Numbered from the stretch's first letter, positions 19,545 through 29,668 are shown. The stretch: 63,752 nt of DNA from Planctomycetota bacterium (GCA_023261505.1 JAHFOV010000004.1:1-63752), one strand, 5' to 3'. Program-made: numbers and translations. Notes: generated from the sequence alone by a model not told the origin.

Positions 19545-22500
19545 CTAATCTGCCTGTCTTAAGTCTTTGTCACTAATCCCGTAGTGCTGTTCAGCGGTAT
19601 CCAGAGTGGTCTGATAAGGGAGACTGATAGTAAAAGTGGTACCACAGCCAGGAGCCGAGTCTACTTTTACTGAGCCATTTGCCCTTTTAACAGCAGAATG
19701 AACGGCATAAAGTCCGAGTCCAGTACCCATTCCTGGCTCTTTAGTCGTATAAAATGGTAGAAATATCTTTTTTAGTTCCTTCTTAGGTATGCCATACCCT
19801 GTATCACCGATAACCAACTCCACAGTATCAGGAGAACCTCTTTGAGTAGTGATTTTTAGTGTACCGCCCTTTGGCATAGCATCCTTGGCGTTCAGGATAA
19901 GGTTTAGAAGTACTTGCTTCATGTCATCGGCATTTAGATAAAGCGGCGGAAGGGACTGAAGTACCTTTACTACCTGTATCTTGTTAACTTCCAATTCCTT
20001 ACCTACCAGAGAAAGGGTATCTTCTATAAGCTTATTGAGGTCACATGCCTCTAATACTCTCTTAGCCCTGTGAGAAAAGTCCAGGAGTTGGGTTATAATC
20101 CGCTGACAACGGCGAATCTCCTCCTGGATTATCTTCAGGTGATCCTTTATGTTGCCGTCTTGACCTCCTAATCCATCGCCAGGCGTACCAGAGAGGACTT
20201 CTTTTAGGTAGTATATGGAACTGCCTATAATGTTTAAGGGGTTGCGGATTTCGTGGGCCACTCCGGCGGCAAGCTGTCCTATAGCAGCCATCTTTTCTGA
20301 CTGCAGTAGCTCCATCTGCAACCTCTTAGGTTCAGTAATATCTCTAAAGGCAGCTACGAGGGCCAGTCCGCCTGAGGCGGATTTGTCCTCCTCTCTAATA
20401 AGGGAAGTAAATAAATAAACCGGAAACTCCTCTTCATTCTTCCTCTGAAAGAGCAATTCTCCTTCCCATCCTCCACGGCTAAATGTACTCTTCAATAGTT
20501 CCTTTTTCCACCCCTTTGGGCTGTTTGGCGACACTAAGAGGCTCATATCCTTGCCTAGCACCTCTGCGGTCTCATAGTGGGTAACCTTCTCAAAAGCCTT
20601 ATTGACGAAAGATATTTTGCCTTCCTTATCCGCTATAACAACACACTCGTCGATGCTTCTGATAGTATGGGCGAGGCGGAGGAGTTCTTCCTCGGCCTTT
20701 TTCCTCTCCGTTATATCTCTTACAAAGCTTCTGGCATGTATGAAGCGACCGCTCATAGCATCTCGCAGGCCAGTAGTATCCATCTCCACATACATCCACT
20801 GGCCGGGTTTGGTGAGGAAGACTGCCTCTGCACAGTCGTGTCCCGTTTCTGCCACCCTTGCGAGATGACTTCTGACATGTTTTTTATAATCCTTGGGGAC
20901 TATGTCCTCTAGCCTCAGCTTGAGCATCTCCTGGCAACTGTAGCCCAGGCGCTCAAGCTCGGTCTTGTTCACAGCCAGCAACTTTCCCTGGGCATCTAGC
21001 TGATGTATCATTTCTGGGGCATTTTCTATAAGGTCTCTATATTTTTCTTCCGAGTCACGAATCTTACAGAAGAGATTGGAGTTTTCTATGGCAATAGCCA
21101 GTTGTGGGGCCACTTGCATAAGGAGTTCTGCATGTTCCAGAGAAAAATTGTTTAACCTTTTACTGCCAAAGTTTAATGCTCCTATTACTCTCCCTTTATA
21201 CTGTAGAGGAAAATTTAGACGTGACCTGATTCCATCGGAGTAGAGGATATTATCAGTTGCAAGCTTTCCTTTAGATGTGTCGGGTACGATTATAGGTTTG
21301 CCAGTACCAACTACAATCTCAGTGGCGCTGCCCTCCCTTGGGAAGACTACTCCCTCGCATAGCTGGCTGGGCTCAGAGTTTTTTGTAAAGACTATGTATT
21401 CCAAAACACTTTTCTCCCCTAGAAGGAGGGTTATGCTGGTGCGATCAAAGTCTATTAACTTCCCCAGCTCGAGGCTAACCGCCTTGTATACCTCCTTTAA
21501 TTCAAGACTGGAGGCAAGGATTTTATTAATATTGGTAATTATATCTTTTTCTCTCTCGCGCTTTTTCTTCTCAGTAATATCTCTGATAATGCCTTCGTAG
21601 CCAATGATTTCTCCTTTGTCGTCCACTCTCAGGTCACAGGTCATCAAAGCAGTGAGCCGGGTACCTTCCTTCCTTTTTAGTTCCACCTCAAAATCTTTTA
21701 TAAAACCAGTTCCTTCCATGACACGGAGAAGGGTCTTTACATCTTCGGGATTTGTGCACAGGGTGCTTATAAATTTATGATTCAAAACCTCTTCTTTTGA
21801 AGAATATCCAAGTAGCTCTACACCAGCTTGGTTTATATCCAGGAATCTGTCTTCTGTGTCGCATATAAAGACGGCGTCCTTTGTGGCATCAAATAGGCTC
21901 CTGTAACGCTGTTCTGTGGCCTTCAAAGCCTGGGTTCTCTCCTCTACCATTCTTTCAAGGGTGGATGTATAGCGCTGAAGCTCAGCCTCCATGGCCTTCT
22001 GACGGGTAACGTCTCTGGAAATGGCGACAAAGCCTATGGGCCTTCCACCAGAGGTGGATTCGCTTCTCCTCAAAGTAAGCGTGAGACGTGAAGAAAAGAA
22101 GTCCCCCGTCTTACGCCTCCCCTGAAGGTCTATTTCATACCTGCCAGTCTTTTCTGTAATGGAAAGAGCCTTATCTAGCTTCCCATTCTCCTCTAAGAAG
22201 AGGGAGTGAATGAAGTACTTTCCCACTACTTCTTCCGGTTCATAGCCATACACTTTTCTTGCACCCTCATTGAAGGTCTGTATCTTTCCCTGGGGGTCTA
22301 AGGCAATGATGGAATACTCTGTGGAGCTCAAGAGGATGCTGTTAAGGAAATTGGTTGTTTCCTCTAGTCTCTTGGTCTTATCTCCTATAGCCGCCATCAT
22401 ATGGTTAAAAGAATTGCCTAGCTGTCCGATCTCATCAACCGCATCAATTTCTGCCCTCTGGGTAAGGTCTCCCTGGGCCATCTTCCTGGTGAGTTCTGTG

Positions 22501-23528
22501 AGGCGCAGGATTGGCCTTGATATTTTCTTTCCCAAGTAAAATGCTACTAAGACAATAGACACGCTCAAACTAAAGAGGATCCCGTTCACCGTTGTCTTCA
22601 GTTCATAAGCTACCCCCAGCGCCTCGTCTTTCCCCACCTCAGCGAGTATCCCTAGCCTAAACTCAGGTATCCATTGCCAGAAACCAAAGACTTCTATACC
22701 GGAGTAGCTACGGTAGCCCGTGACATTAAACCCATTTTGGCCTTTGAGGCAATCTTTCACAGCCAAAGTAGGTTGGCCATTTTGTGGGTCAGTAATTATA
22801 CTCCCAATACTTATACTCCCCTTAGGCCTATGTTTCAGCTCTGTAAGGGTAACCCCCTTGCTGTCTATCACGTAGGTCTCGCCACTTGTCCCAAGGTTAA
22901 CACTCTTCATCAAGCTGTTTATTCCCATTAACTCCGTTTGTAATATTAGAACACCTAAAACCTTGTTACCTGAGGTAATAGGGCTGGAAAAGAACATGCA
23001 TGGGATTTCATCTTTCTCATATCTCCACTCTAACTCACCCTGGGCGAGGTCTGTATCTTGCTTGTATTCTTGAGCCCTGGAGAAAATCTTGGAGATAAAG
23101 AACTGCCCGCTCAGGGCCCTTTGAAACGCTTCGGCCTCAAATATGTTGGTACCACAAAGGTATTCTGAGGTGGAGACCCTTACTTGGCCCTTTGCATCAC
23201 TAATTAGAACTTCCTTGTACCCATAAGATTCTTTGATAATATTCAGGAGGGCTGATAAAAGGAGGAACTCCTTTTCACTGGGGGTTAACTGTGTTCCCTG
23301 TATCACCAGAGGGTTTTGGGCAACAACCACGGCGTCCCTTACCCTTTCTCTCATCCAGATGGTGACAATCTCTGCCTGCTTTTTCCCCACGTTTTCCAGG
23401 TTCTTGATGACCTCTGTCCTAAGAGCCTTAAGCGCATGGGGATAGGCCAAAAACCTAAGGACTAGCAATGGCATAAAGGCGAGGAGGAGAAAAAGGACTA
23501 TAAGTCTTGTTTTTACTGATTTAAACAT
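19545..23528 (-). CDS. Multi-sensor histidine kinase (TM-Cache-TM-HAMP-PAS-PAS-GAF-PAS-PAS-HisKA-HATPase)
   Basis: H-box AHEIRNPL, N-box NLILNAKDA, DTGYGI, GTGLGL; repeated RDIT PAS ends. Confidence 0.93.
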   Translation of the reverse strand: MFKSVKTRLIVLFLLLAFMPLLVLRFLAYPHALKALRTEVIKNLENVGKKQAEIVTIWMRERVRDAVVVAQNPLVIQGTQLTPSEKEFLLLSALLNIIKESYGYKEVLISDAKGQVRVSTSEYLCGTNIFEAEAFQRALSGQFFISKIFSRAQEYKQDTDLAQGELEWRYEKDEIPCMFFSSPITSGNKVLGVLILQTELMGINSLMKSVNLGTSGETYVIDSKGVTLTELKHRPKGSISIGSIITDPQNGQPTLAVKDCLKGQNGFNVTGYRSYSGIEVFGFWQWIPEFRLGILAEVGKDEALGVAYELKTTVNGILFSLSVSIVLVAFYLGKKISRPILRLTELTRKMAQGDLTQRAEIDAVDEIGQLGNSFNHMMAAIGDKTKRLEETTNFLNSILLSSTEYSIIALDPQGKIQTFNEGARKVYGYEPEEVVGKYFIHSLFLEENGKLDKALSITEKTGRYEIDLQGRRKTGDFFSSRLTLTLRRSESTSGGRPIGFVAISRDVTRQKAMEAELQRYTSTLERMVEERTQALKATEQRYRSLFDATKDAVFICDTEDRFLDINQAGVELLGYSSKEEVLNHKFISTLCTNPEDVKTLLRVMEGTGFIKDFEVELKRKEGTRLTALMTCDLRVDDKGEIIGYEGIIRDITEKKKREREKDIITNINKILASSLELKEVYKAVSLELGKLIDFDRTSITLLLGEKSVLEYIVFTKNSEPSQLCEGVVFPREGSATEIVVGTGKPIIVPDTSKGKLATDNILYSDGIRSRLNFPLQYKGRVIGALNFGSKRLNNFSLEHAELLMQVAPQLAIAIENSNLFCKIRDSEEKYRDLIENAPEMIHQLDAQGKLLAVNKTELERLGYSCQEMLKLRLEDIVPKDYKKHVRSHLARVAETGHDCAEAVFLTKPGQWMYVEMDTTGLRDAMSGRFIHARSFVRDITERKKAEEELLRLAHTIRSIDECVVIADKEGKISFVNKAFEKVTHYETAEVLGKDMSLLVSPNSPKGWKKELLKSTFSRGGWEGELLFQRKNEEEFPVYLFTSLIREEDKSASGGLALVAAFRDITEPKRLQMELLQSEKMAAIGQLAAGVAHEIRNPLNIIGSSIYYLKEVLSGTPGDGLGGQDGNIKDHLKIIQEEIRRCQRIITQLLDFSHRAKRVLEACDLNKLIEDTLSLVGKELEVNKIQVVKVLQSLPPLYLNADDMKQVLLNLILNAKDAMPKGGTLKITTQRGSPDTVELVIGDTGYGIPKKELKKIFLPFYTTKEPGMGTGLGLYAVHSAVKRANGSVKVDSAPGCGTTFTISLPYQTTLDTAEQHYGISDKDLRQAD

Positions 23529-23646
23529 CGGTCATCGCCACAAGTTAATTACTATCAAATACTAACACGATAAAGGTAAAGCTTCAAGAGGGAAGGCAAT
23601 CTTTTACAGTACGGCGTGTGCAAACAGTTGCACGCTTTATGATGTT

Positions 23647-23877
23647 TTATTCTATAGGTATTTCCTCTTCTTTCGCCCTCGGCCACTCTATTTCCAGAAC
23701 TCCTCCCTTTTTGAGCCTAACCTTGACGTCCTCTTTTTTCACTTCCGGGTCGAGGGTTATCCTGAGGATGTGCGAGCCTTCGGTTTGGGAATATTTAATT
23801 CTACCACTCAACTCCCCATAAAGCCCAAAACCAAAAGGACCGTACTTAAAGAAAATCTCTTCCCAAAAGTTGCTCAT
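23647..23877 (-). CDS. Very small Hsp20/alpha-crystallin-like protein
   Basis: DPEVKKEDVKV...GVLEI..P and a terminal IPI motif; SD GGAG upstream. Confidence 0.55.
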   Translation of the reverse strand: MSNFWEEIFFKYGPFGFGLYGELSGRIKYSQTEGSHILRITLDPEVKKEDVKVRLKKGGVLEIEWPRAKEEEIPIE

Positions 23878-23912
23878 GGCTACTCTCCTTCTGCATTATT
23901 TGTGTATTATTT

Positions 23913-24950
23913 TTACAATTTATTTTTACGCAGCCAATCTGTGGGGTCTGCTTTGAGTCTCCCAATCATTTCTCTAAGGCCCCTTCGAACGGAGTGTCTA
24001 GGTTGCCAACCCAACTCCCTTCTGGCTTTTTCAGTACTGAAAGTGAACCTTAGCTCAGAGAAATACACCATCCAGGGTTTAAAGAAGTAATCTCTGCCCA
24101 AAAAATAGTTGAAATAATTCATAATATAAACACCACCTGCCAAGGCCCAGCATGGTAAGGACACTGGTCTTGTAGCTGCCCCATGAATCTCCTTGAATAT
24201 AAATTTGTAGAGTTCTCCGTAAGGCAGATAGTCTTCCTCAGAAAATATATAAACAGTACTAGAAGGGCTTCTCCCTACTCCCTGCATAATCCTCTCAAAG
24301 CCGTCTAGTGCATCCTCCAGGTGCACGTAGGATATACAACCCCTGCCCCCTTCGGGGAGAAACCTGGAGCTGAGGTCTCGGCGGTATATACTGGCAATCT
24401 GGTGGGCTAGAGGTATGAGCTGACAATAAGGTGAGTATACCCCCGAGAGTCTTACAATGATAATATTTAAGCGGTGTTTGTTGGCCTGTAATATCTCCTC
24501 TGCTTTTAACTTTGAGAGGCCATAATATAATAGTGACCCCGTAGAAGAGCTTTCATTTAGCAGGTTATTACCTCTATGTGTATGGGCCTCCATTACGGCA
24601 GTACTGCTGGTAAAGATAAAGGCCCCAACCTCCATATCCTTCAAGGCCTCCAGAAGGTTCATGGTGCCTTTTTCATTCACCTCTTCATAGAGGTTGTCGG
24701 GTCTGTTGGAAAAGTCATAGTGTGCCGCCAGGTGAAAGACAAAATCTAGCCTGTTCCCTAAACTTGTCTTAATATTCTCCATTACTCCCACGAGTGCCTG
24801 CTTGTCTGAAATATCTACAAGGTAGGCCAGGGAGGCACCCTCAGGGTGAGGCAGAGCTTTATCTATTGCAATTATTTTGTACCTGTCTTGCAAGCGCTGT
24901 ACTAAGGCACTGCCAATGAAACCAGTTGAACCCGTGACGAGGACGTTCAT
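23913..24950 (-). CDS. NAD-dependent epimerase/dehydratase (extended SDR)
   Basis: VTGSTGFIG, HLAA, TSS and YGLSK. Confidence 0.92.
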   Translation of the reverse strand: MNVLVTGSTGFIGSALVQRLQDRYKIIAIDKALPHPEGASLAYLVDISDKQALVGVMENIKTSLGNRLDFVFHLAAHYDFSNRPDNLYEEVNEKGTMNLLEALKDMEVGAFIFTSSTAVMEAHTHRGNNLLNESSSTGSLLYYGLSKLKAEEILQANKHRLNIIIVRLSGVYSPYCQLIPLAHQIASIYRRDLSSRFLPEGGRGCISYVHLEDALDGFERIMQGVGRSPSSTVYIFSEEDYLPYGELYKFIFKEIHGAATRPVSLPCWALAGGVYIMNYFNYFLGRDYFFKPWMVYFSELRFTFSTEKARRELGWQPRHSVRRGLREMIGRLKADPTDWLRKNKL

Positions 24951-25272
24951 TTTGTACCTGCAATGCCTTGCAGCGTTTAAATTGTAGTGTCACTTTGCAA
25001 TAGGCCGCTACTTCGGAAGGTTTAGATGTCTATTACAGCCTTAAAAAAATCTACAAAGTCTTCAATCCTTGGATACTACGTTAACTAATCACATTTTAAG
25101 ACAACATTACACGAAGTCAAACGGTTTCTACAAATTCTGAATACGGATTTCTAAATTTGGAATTAATACTTAAAAATCTGATCCCACATCTCTTAATTCT
25201 AAACTCCTTACTACGCACTCCTAACTTGACTTGCCTCTTCCCTGGGAGTATTCTCCATTAAGAGGTTTTACT

Positions 25273-26742
25273 ATGAAGGCCTTTGAATTAGAGCGACGGG
25301 TAAAGGCATTTATCTCACGTGAGGGAGTACTGGGGCAAGGGGACGGTGCTGTTATAGCAGTATCAGGCGGGCCTGATTCAGTAGCCCTATTGAGGCTCCT
25401 TTATGATTTGAACGAATCTAAGGGCTGGGGTTGGAAACTTCACGTAGCCCATCTTAATCACATGCTCAGGGGGGAAGAGTCTGAGGAAGATGAACGCTTT
25501 GTCCGAGAATTGGCCTCGAGCTTGGGGTTGAGCTTTACCTGTAAGAAGGTAGACGTGAAGCAGGAAGCTGCCAGAGAGAGGTGCGCCATCGAAGAAGCCG
25601 CCAGGCGTGTAAGGTATTCCTTTTTCGAAGAGTTGGCCAGGGAGCTTGGGATAAAGGTGGTGGCAGTAGGTCACACGGCCGATGATAACGTAGAGACAGT
25701 CCTGCACAGGATAATCCGAGGAACCGGCCTAGCCGGGCTTGCAGGGATACCCCTTGTCAGAGAAATCTCCCATGGCTCTGGAATAAGGCTGATCAGACCC
25801 CTCCTTACCACCTGGAGGCAAGAGATATTAGATTATTTACAAGAAAAGGGCTTGAGCTATCGTATTGACTCCTCCAATCTACAAATGAGTCATCTGAGGA
25901 ATCGTATCCGTTTGGAGCTCCTGCCCCTTCTAGGAAAGTATAATCCCAGGGTAAAAGAGGCCCTAGTAAGATTATCAGAGGATGTAGGGAGAGAATATGC
26001 CGTTCTTGAAGAAGAGGCCCGCAGGATTTTAAGCGAGGGCCTCTCACAGGAAGGAATGAATTATATCTTAGACATTTCCCCTCTTAAGGGTCAGCCCTCC
26101 TTCCTCCAGCATCTGGTCTTTAGGGAAGTCTTGAGCCAGATTGGCCTGCCCTTGAAGAAGGTTGATAGTAAACATTACGAAGGGTTGAGCTCCCTGGTAG
26201 AAGGCTGGTCGGGGCCTGTATCATTACCATTAGGATGGGAGGCCGAGGGAAAGGAATGCAAAATAATATTTACTGGCTGGCCAGTGAGAAGGAGGTTTTA
26301 TCCTAAACATAATAATCCTGAGACAGTTTTGATTGCCCCTGGAACCACAAAACTTTCCAATGACTTCGAGATAAAGGCAGAAGTTATCAACGTTCCGGGG
26401 GACGCACCTGTGGGAGACCCATGGCAGAAATTCCTGGAAAATTTTAAGCATACCAAGACCCCAGAAGAAGAGGTATTTGACTTTGATAAGCTTGAATTGC
26501 CGCTCACAGTCCGTACACGAAGACCAGGTGACCGTTTCTGGCCTTTAGGAGCAGATGGAGAGAAAAAATTAAAGGACTTTTTTATAGATGAAAAAATCCC
26601 CAGGCCAAGGCGGGATGACTGGCTGCTGGTGTGCGATGGAAAGCATCCCATTTGGGTGGTGGGGCTGAGGATGGACGATAGGTTGAAGATTACACCCACT
26701 ACACAAAGAGTACTCAAATTATCTGTTTCGAAGAAACAGTAA
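25273..26742 (+). CDS. tilS: tRNA(Ile)-lysidine synthetase
   Basis: AVSGGPDS, HLNHMLR, GHTADD, IRPLL, RNRIR and C-terminal RTRRPGDRF...KKLK. Confidence 0.96.
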   Translation: MKAFELERRVKAFISREGVLGQGDGAVIAVSGGPDSVALLRLLYDLNESKGWGWKLHVAHLNHMLRGEESEEDERFVRELASSLGLSFTCKKVDVKQEAARERCAIEEAARRVRYSFFEELARELGIKVVAVGHTADDNVETVLHRIIRGTGLAGLAGIPLVREISHGSGIRLIRPLLTTWRQEILDYLQEKGLSYRIDSSNLQMSHLRNRIRLELLPLLGKYNPRVKEALVRLSEDVGREYAVLEEEARRILSEGLSQEGMNYILDISPLKGQPSFLQHLVFREVLSQIGLPLKKVDSKHYEGLSSLVEGWSGPVSLPLGWEAEGKECKIIFTGWPVRRRFYPKHNNPETVLIAPGTTKLSNDFEIKAEVINVPGDAPVGDPWQKFLENFKHTKTPEEEVFDFDKLELPLTVRTRRPGDRFWPLGADGEKKLKDFFIDEKIPRPRRDDWLLVCDGKHPIWVVGLRMDDRLKITPTTQRVLKLSVSKKQ

Positions 26743-26754
26743 TAAACATAAAGA

Positions 26755-27468
26755 ATGTATTCAAGGGCTATTACTTTATATAACTTGATTGAGTTTTTAA
26801 ACACTCTTAAGAAAATTCCTAACGTTAATCATGTAATGAAGAGGCACTTATCGAAAAAGATAGAGAGTGGGGCGTATGCGGAGCTTGAGACGGCTTATCT
26901 TGTTAGAAAGGCAGGTTATAAGGTGTCTTTCTCCAGCCCCAAAGCCCCTGCCTCGAACCCTGACCTGATAGCCTGGATAAATGGTCAAAAGATAAACATA
27001 GAAATTATATTTTTGCAAAGGCCCACCGGCGGTCGAATGAAACTTACAGAAGTGGACAGAATCAAAAGGGCCATAGATAACAAATCCAGGCAACTACCCA
27101 GCGTTGAACCTGGTATTATTGTACTTTATAGTCAGCAGATTACGATAAGAGACCTGCAAAGGGCTGTTCACCAGATTCAGGAAAGGCTTTCAAGGTATCC
27201 TTATATCAAGGCCCTGGTAGTCATAAAAGACTTTCCAGGTAGGGACAGGTCTAAAGACCTGTCCACAAATTTGCCCCAGTTTTGGACAGACCTGAAGGTT
27301 TGTCCATACATTGTTTCTCTAAAGGAGACTGATGAGTTCCTACGGGCAAGGACAAGGTTTAATAATTTTACCCGTTATACATTTATTGTGAAGGGCACAG
27401 ATCTAAAGCCTCATCTTTTAGACGGCCTTAAGAAGGTCTTCATGGCCACAAGCGTAACTTCTTTATAG
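26755..27468 (+). CDS. Hypothetical protein with a possible PD-(D/E)xK nuclease fold
   Basis: AELETA...G..V.F...NPDLIA...INIEII; 12 bp after the tilS stop. Confidence 0.5.
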   Translation: MYSRAITLYNLIEFLNTLKKIPNVNHVMKRHLSKKIESGAYAELETAYLVRKAGYKVSFSSPKAPASNPDLIAWINGQKINIEIIFLQRPTGGRMKLTEVDRIKRAIDNKSRQLPSVEPGIIVLYSQQITIRDLQRAVHQIQERLSRYPYIKALVVIKDFPGRDRSKDLSTNLPQFWTDLKVCPYIVSLKETDEFLRARTRFNNFTRYTFIVKGTDLKPHLLDGLKKVFMATSVTSL

Positions 27469-27524
27469 TATGGCCTTTTTATAGGCTTATAGTCCTTTTC
27501 TCCCTAGTCCCTAACCCCTAGCCC

Positions 27525-28235
27525 CTATTCCCTTGTAAGCGGCACAAAGAGCACGGGCGCTACTTCTTCTTTCTTTATCTCTCCAGTAACGTCCTTAATT
27601 ATAAGGGTTAAACTCTGGGTTCGGTAGGGCCGGCCTATAGGGATGACCATTCGGCCTCCGGGCTTGAGCTGGTCTAGCAATGCAGGGGGGATTTGCGGGC
27701 AGGCCGCAGTAACTATAATGGCATCAAAAGGTGCCCTATCCGGCATTCCCAAATAACCATCCCTGGCATAGACAATCACATTGTCGTAGCCAAGTTCTCG
27801 CAGGGTCTCACTAGCCCTTTTTGCCAGTTCTTTGTTTATCTCTATCGTGTAGACCGTTTTGGCTAAAAGGGAGAGTATGGCGGCCTGGTAACCCGAACCT
27901 GTACCTATCTCCAGCACCTTGTCTTCTTCTTTTAGGTCCAAAAGTTCGGTCATTAAGGCCACAATGTAAGGCTGGGAGATGGTCTGCCCTGAGCCTATGG
28001 GTAATGGACCGTCCCCGTAACTTAAAGACCTCAATTCCTTAGGGACAAAGCGGTGCCTCGGCACAGCCTCCATAACCGCAAGTACACGTTTATCCTTTAT
28101 CCCTCTTGCCGCAATCTGCTCCTCCACCATCCTCTTGCGCTCCTTGGCAAAAGATTCTTCCTCATCGGCATTTAGCCATTGGGTCAATAAGAGAATCAAG
28201 AGGAAGGGGAGAGATAATCTGAGCGGCGTTTTCAT
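27525..28235 (-). CDS. pcm: Protein-L-isoaspartate O-methyltransferase (with signal-like N-terminus)
   Basis: VPRHRFV, GQTISQPYIVA, VLEIGTGSGYQAA and PFDAIIVTAA. Confidence 0.95.
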   Translation of the reverse strand: MKTPLRLSLPFLLILLLTQWLNADEEESFAKERKRMVEEQIAARGIKDKRVLAVMEAVPRHRFVPKELRSLSYGDGPLPIGSGQTISQPYIVALMTELLDLKEEDKVLEIGTGSGYQAAILSLLAKTVYTIEINKELAKRASETLRELGYDNVIVYARDGYLGMPDRAPFDAIIVTAACPQIPPALLDQLKPGGRMVIPIGRPYRTQSLTLIIKDVTGEIKKEEVAPVLFVPLTRE

Positions 28236-28326
28236 GTGGATATTAGGGTTTAGAATTTTAAGGGCCCATACACACTTATCAGCCTAAGGTGGGGATAACA
28301 AAGCTACATTTCTTCATAGTTACACC

Positions 28327-29565
28327 CTAAACCGAGTTTGACCTACACCCATTACACAAATTATTATTTTTACCTTCGCCAATAGGACAATCTATTGGTT
28401 CACATTTGAAAACATATCCACATGAAATAAGGACTACTGGGCAAACTTTTTTTTCTAAGAGGTTACGTTCGGTTTGAGGAAATTGCCATTTCCAGCAGAT
28501 TCTTTTTGCCCCCCCGTCACGGAACAAACAGAAACCTTCCATTTTCTTCTCGCACATTCTTGGAGCAAAATCAAAAGAAATGTCAAATTGTTCAGGGTAA
28601 TATCCGTTTTTTTCCTCTATACTTAGCGTCTCAAATATTCTCCGCATCATCTGGGAAGCATTCTTAACAAAGACCTTTCTATTATTAACTTTTTTGTCTT
28701 TGAAAAGAGGTTTAAGGAGGGCGTTAGAGAACCTTATATTCCAAACATCCCCCGGAAATTCCAAAGAGAAAAGACTATCTTGACTTAACAACTGCTGTTG
28801 GTCTTCCCCAAATGATTTAATGAAGGATTCTCTTAAAGGACTTCCGGGTTTGACATAATCCCTTAATGCCGCCCATAATCTTTTCGCCCCGAATCTACCA
28901 GATTTATTCCAATTATCATAGCCAGTGGTTAGGCCATTATTTAATACGCTCTTATATTGGCTCACACCATTCAAAAAACTTTGACGATTATTATTTTCAA
29001 AATTGGGGAAGTCTTTGTTAACATCCTTATATGTAAGTAAGTATAAGAGATAGGCCATCTTACCTAAATTATCATTGCCATTTGACCAAAAGTTCCTTTT
29101 GCTCAACAAGAAATTTATGATGTTCTTCTCGTAATCCAAAAGAACTGTGAGAGTTCTTGCTATTGAATAAAGGTCATCCTGATACCGTGTTGCAAATTTC
29201 TGGAAGTTTGTCTTTTCTCTGGATTTGAACAAGTCAATAATTGCTCCCCTTGTAGGAGCTTCCATGAAACCGTTCAACCTCCCGAATATTTTTTCCATTA
29301 GATCGTTTTCATTTTGGGTCTCATCGCTTGCGTATTTATTGATTACCTCACTAAATATTTGGCCTCCTATTTCCCAAACTGGTTCGAAGGGACGCATTCG
29401 ATCAGTTATATAGCATAACCAGTGGACAAGAATTTTTTGATCGTCAGACAATTGCCTAAACTTATCTATATTAAGCAAACCGGACATCATTATATCTTCG
29501 CTATGCCATCTAGCATGGTCGAGCCAAGCAACCAACCTCAAGATATTCCCAAACTTTTCATTCAT
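28327..29565 (-). CDS. AT-rich hypothetical protein, possibly a distant HhH-GPD/DUF2400-like DNA glycosylase with a Cys-rich tail
   Basis: GAKRLWAALRDY, LEFPGDVWNIR, then about nine C-terminal Cys (CEKK..FCLF..C..CPV..CGY..C..CPI..CNGC). Confidence 0.5.
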   Translation of the reverse strand: MNEKFGNILRLVAWLDHARWHSEDIMMSGLLNIDKFRQLSDDQKILVHWLCYITDRMRPFEPVWEIGGQIFSEVINKYASDETQNENDLMEKIFGRLNGFMEAPTRGAIIDLFKSREKTNFQKFATRYQDDLYSIARTLTVLLDYEKNIINFLLSKRNFWSNGNDNLGKMAYLLYLLTYKDVNKDFPNFENNNRQSFLNGVSQYKSVLNNGLTTGYDNWNKSGRFGAKRLWAALRDYVKPGSPLRESFIKSFGEDQQQLLSQDSLFSLEFPGDVWNIRFSNALLKPLFKDKKVNNRKVFVKNASQMMRRIFETLSIEEKNGYYPEQFDISFDFAPRMCEKKMEGFCLFRDGGAKRICWKWQFPQTERNLLEKKVCPVVLISCGYVFKCEPIDCPIGEGKNNNLCNGCRSNSV

Positions 29566-29668
29566 CTCACTTACCTTTTTTCACTTTTTTACTCCAGTGC
29601 CAATCCTTTTCAATCAAATCCCTTATAAGAGAGGTCTTCGATACGGTTTCGTTTTTTCTTCTTAGGCC

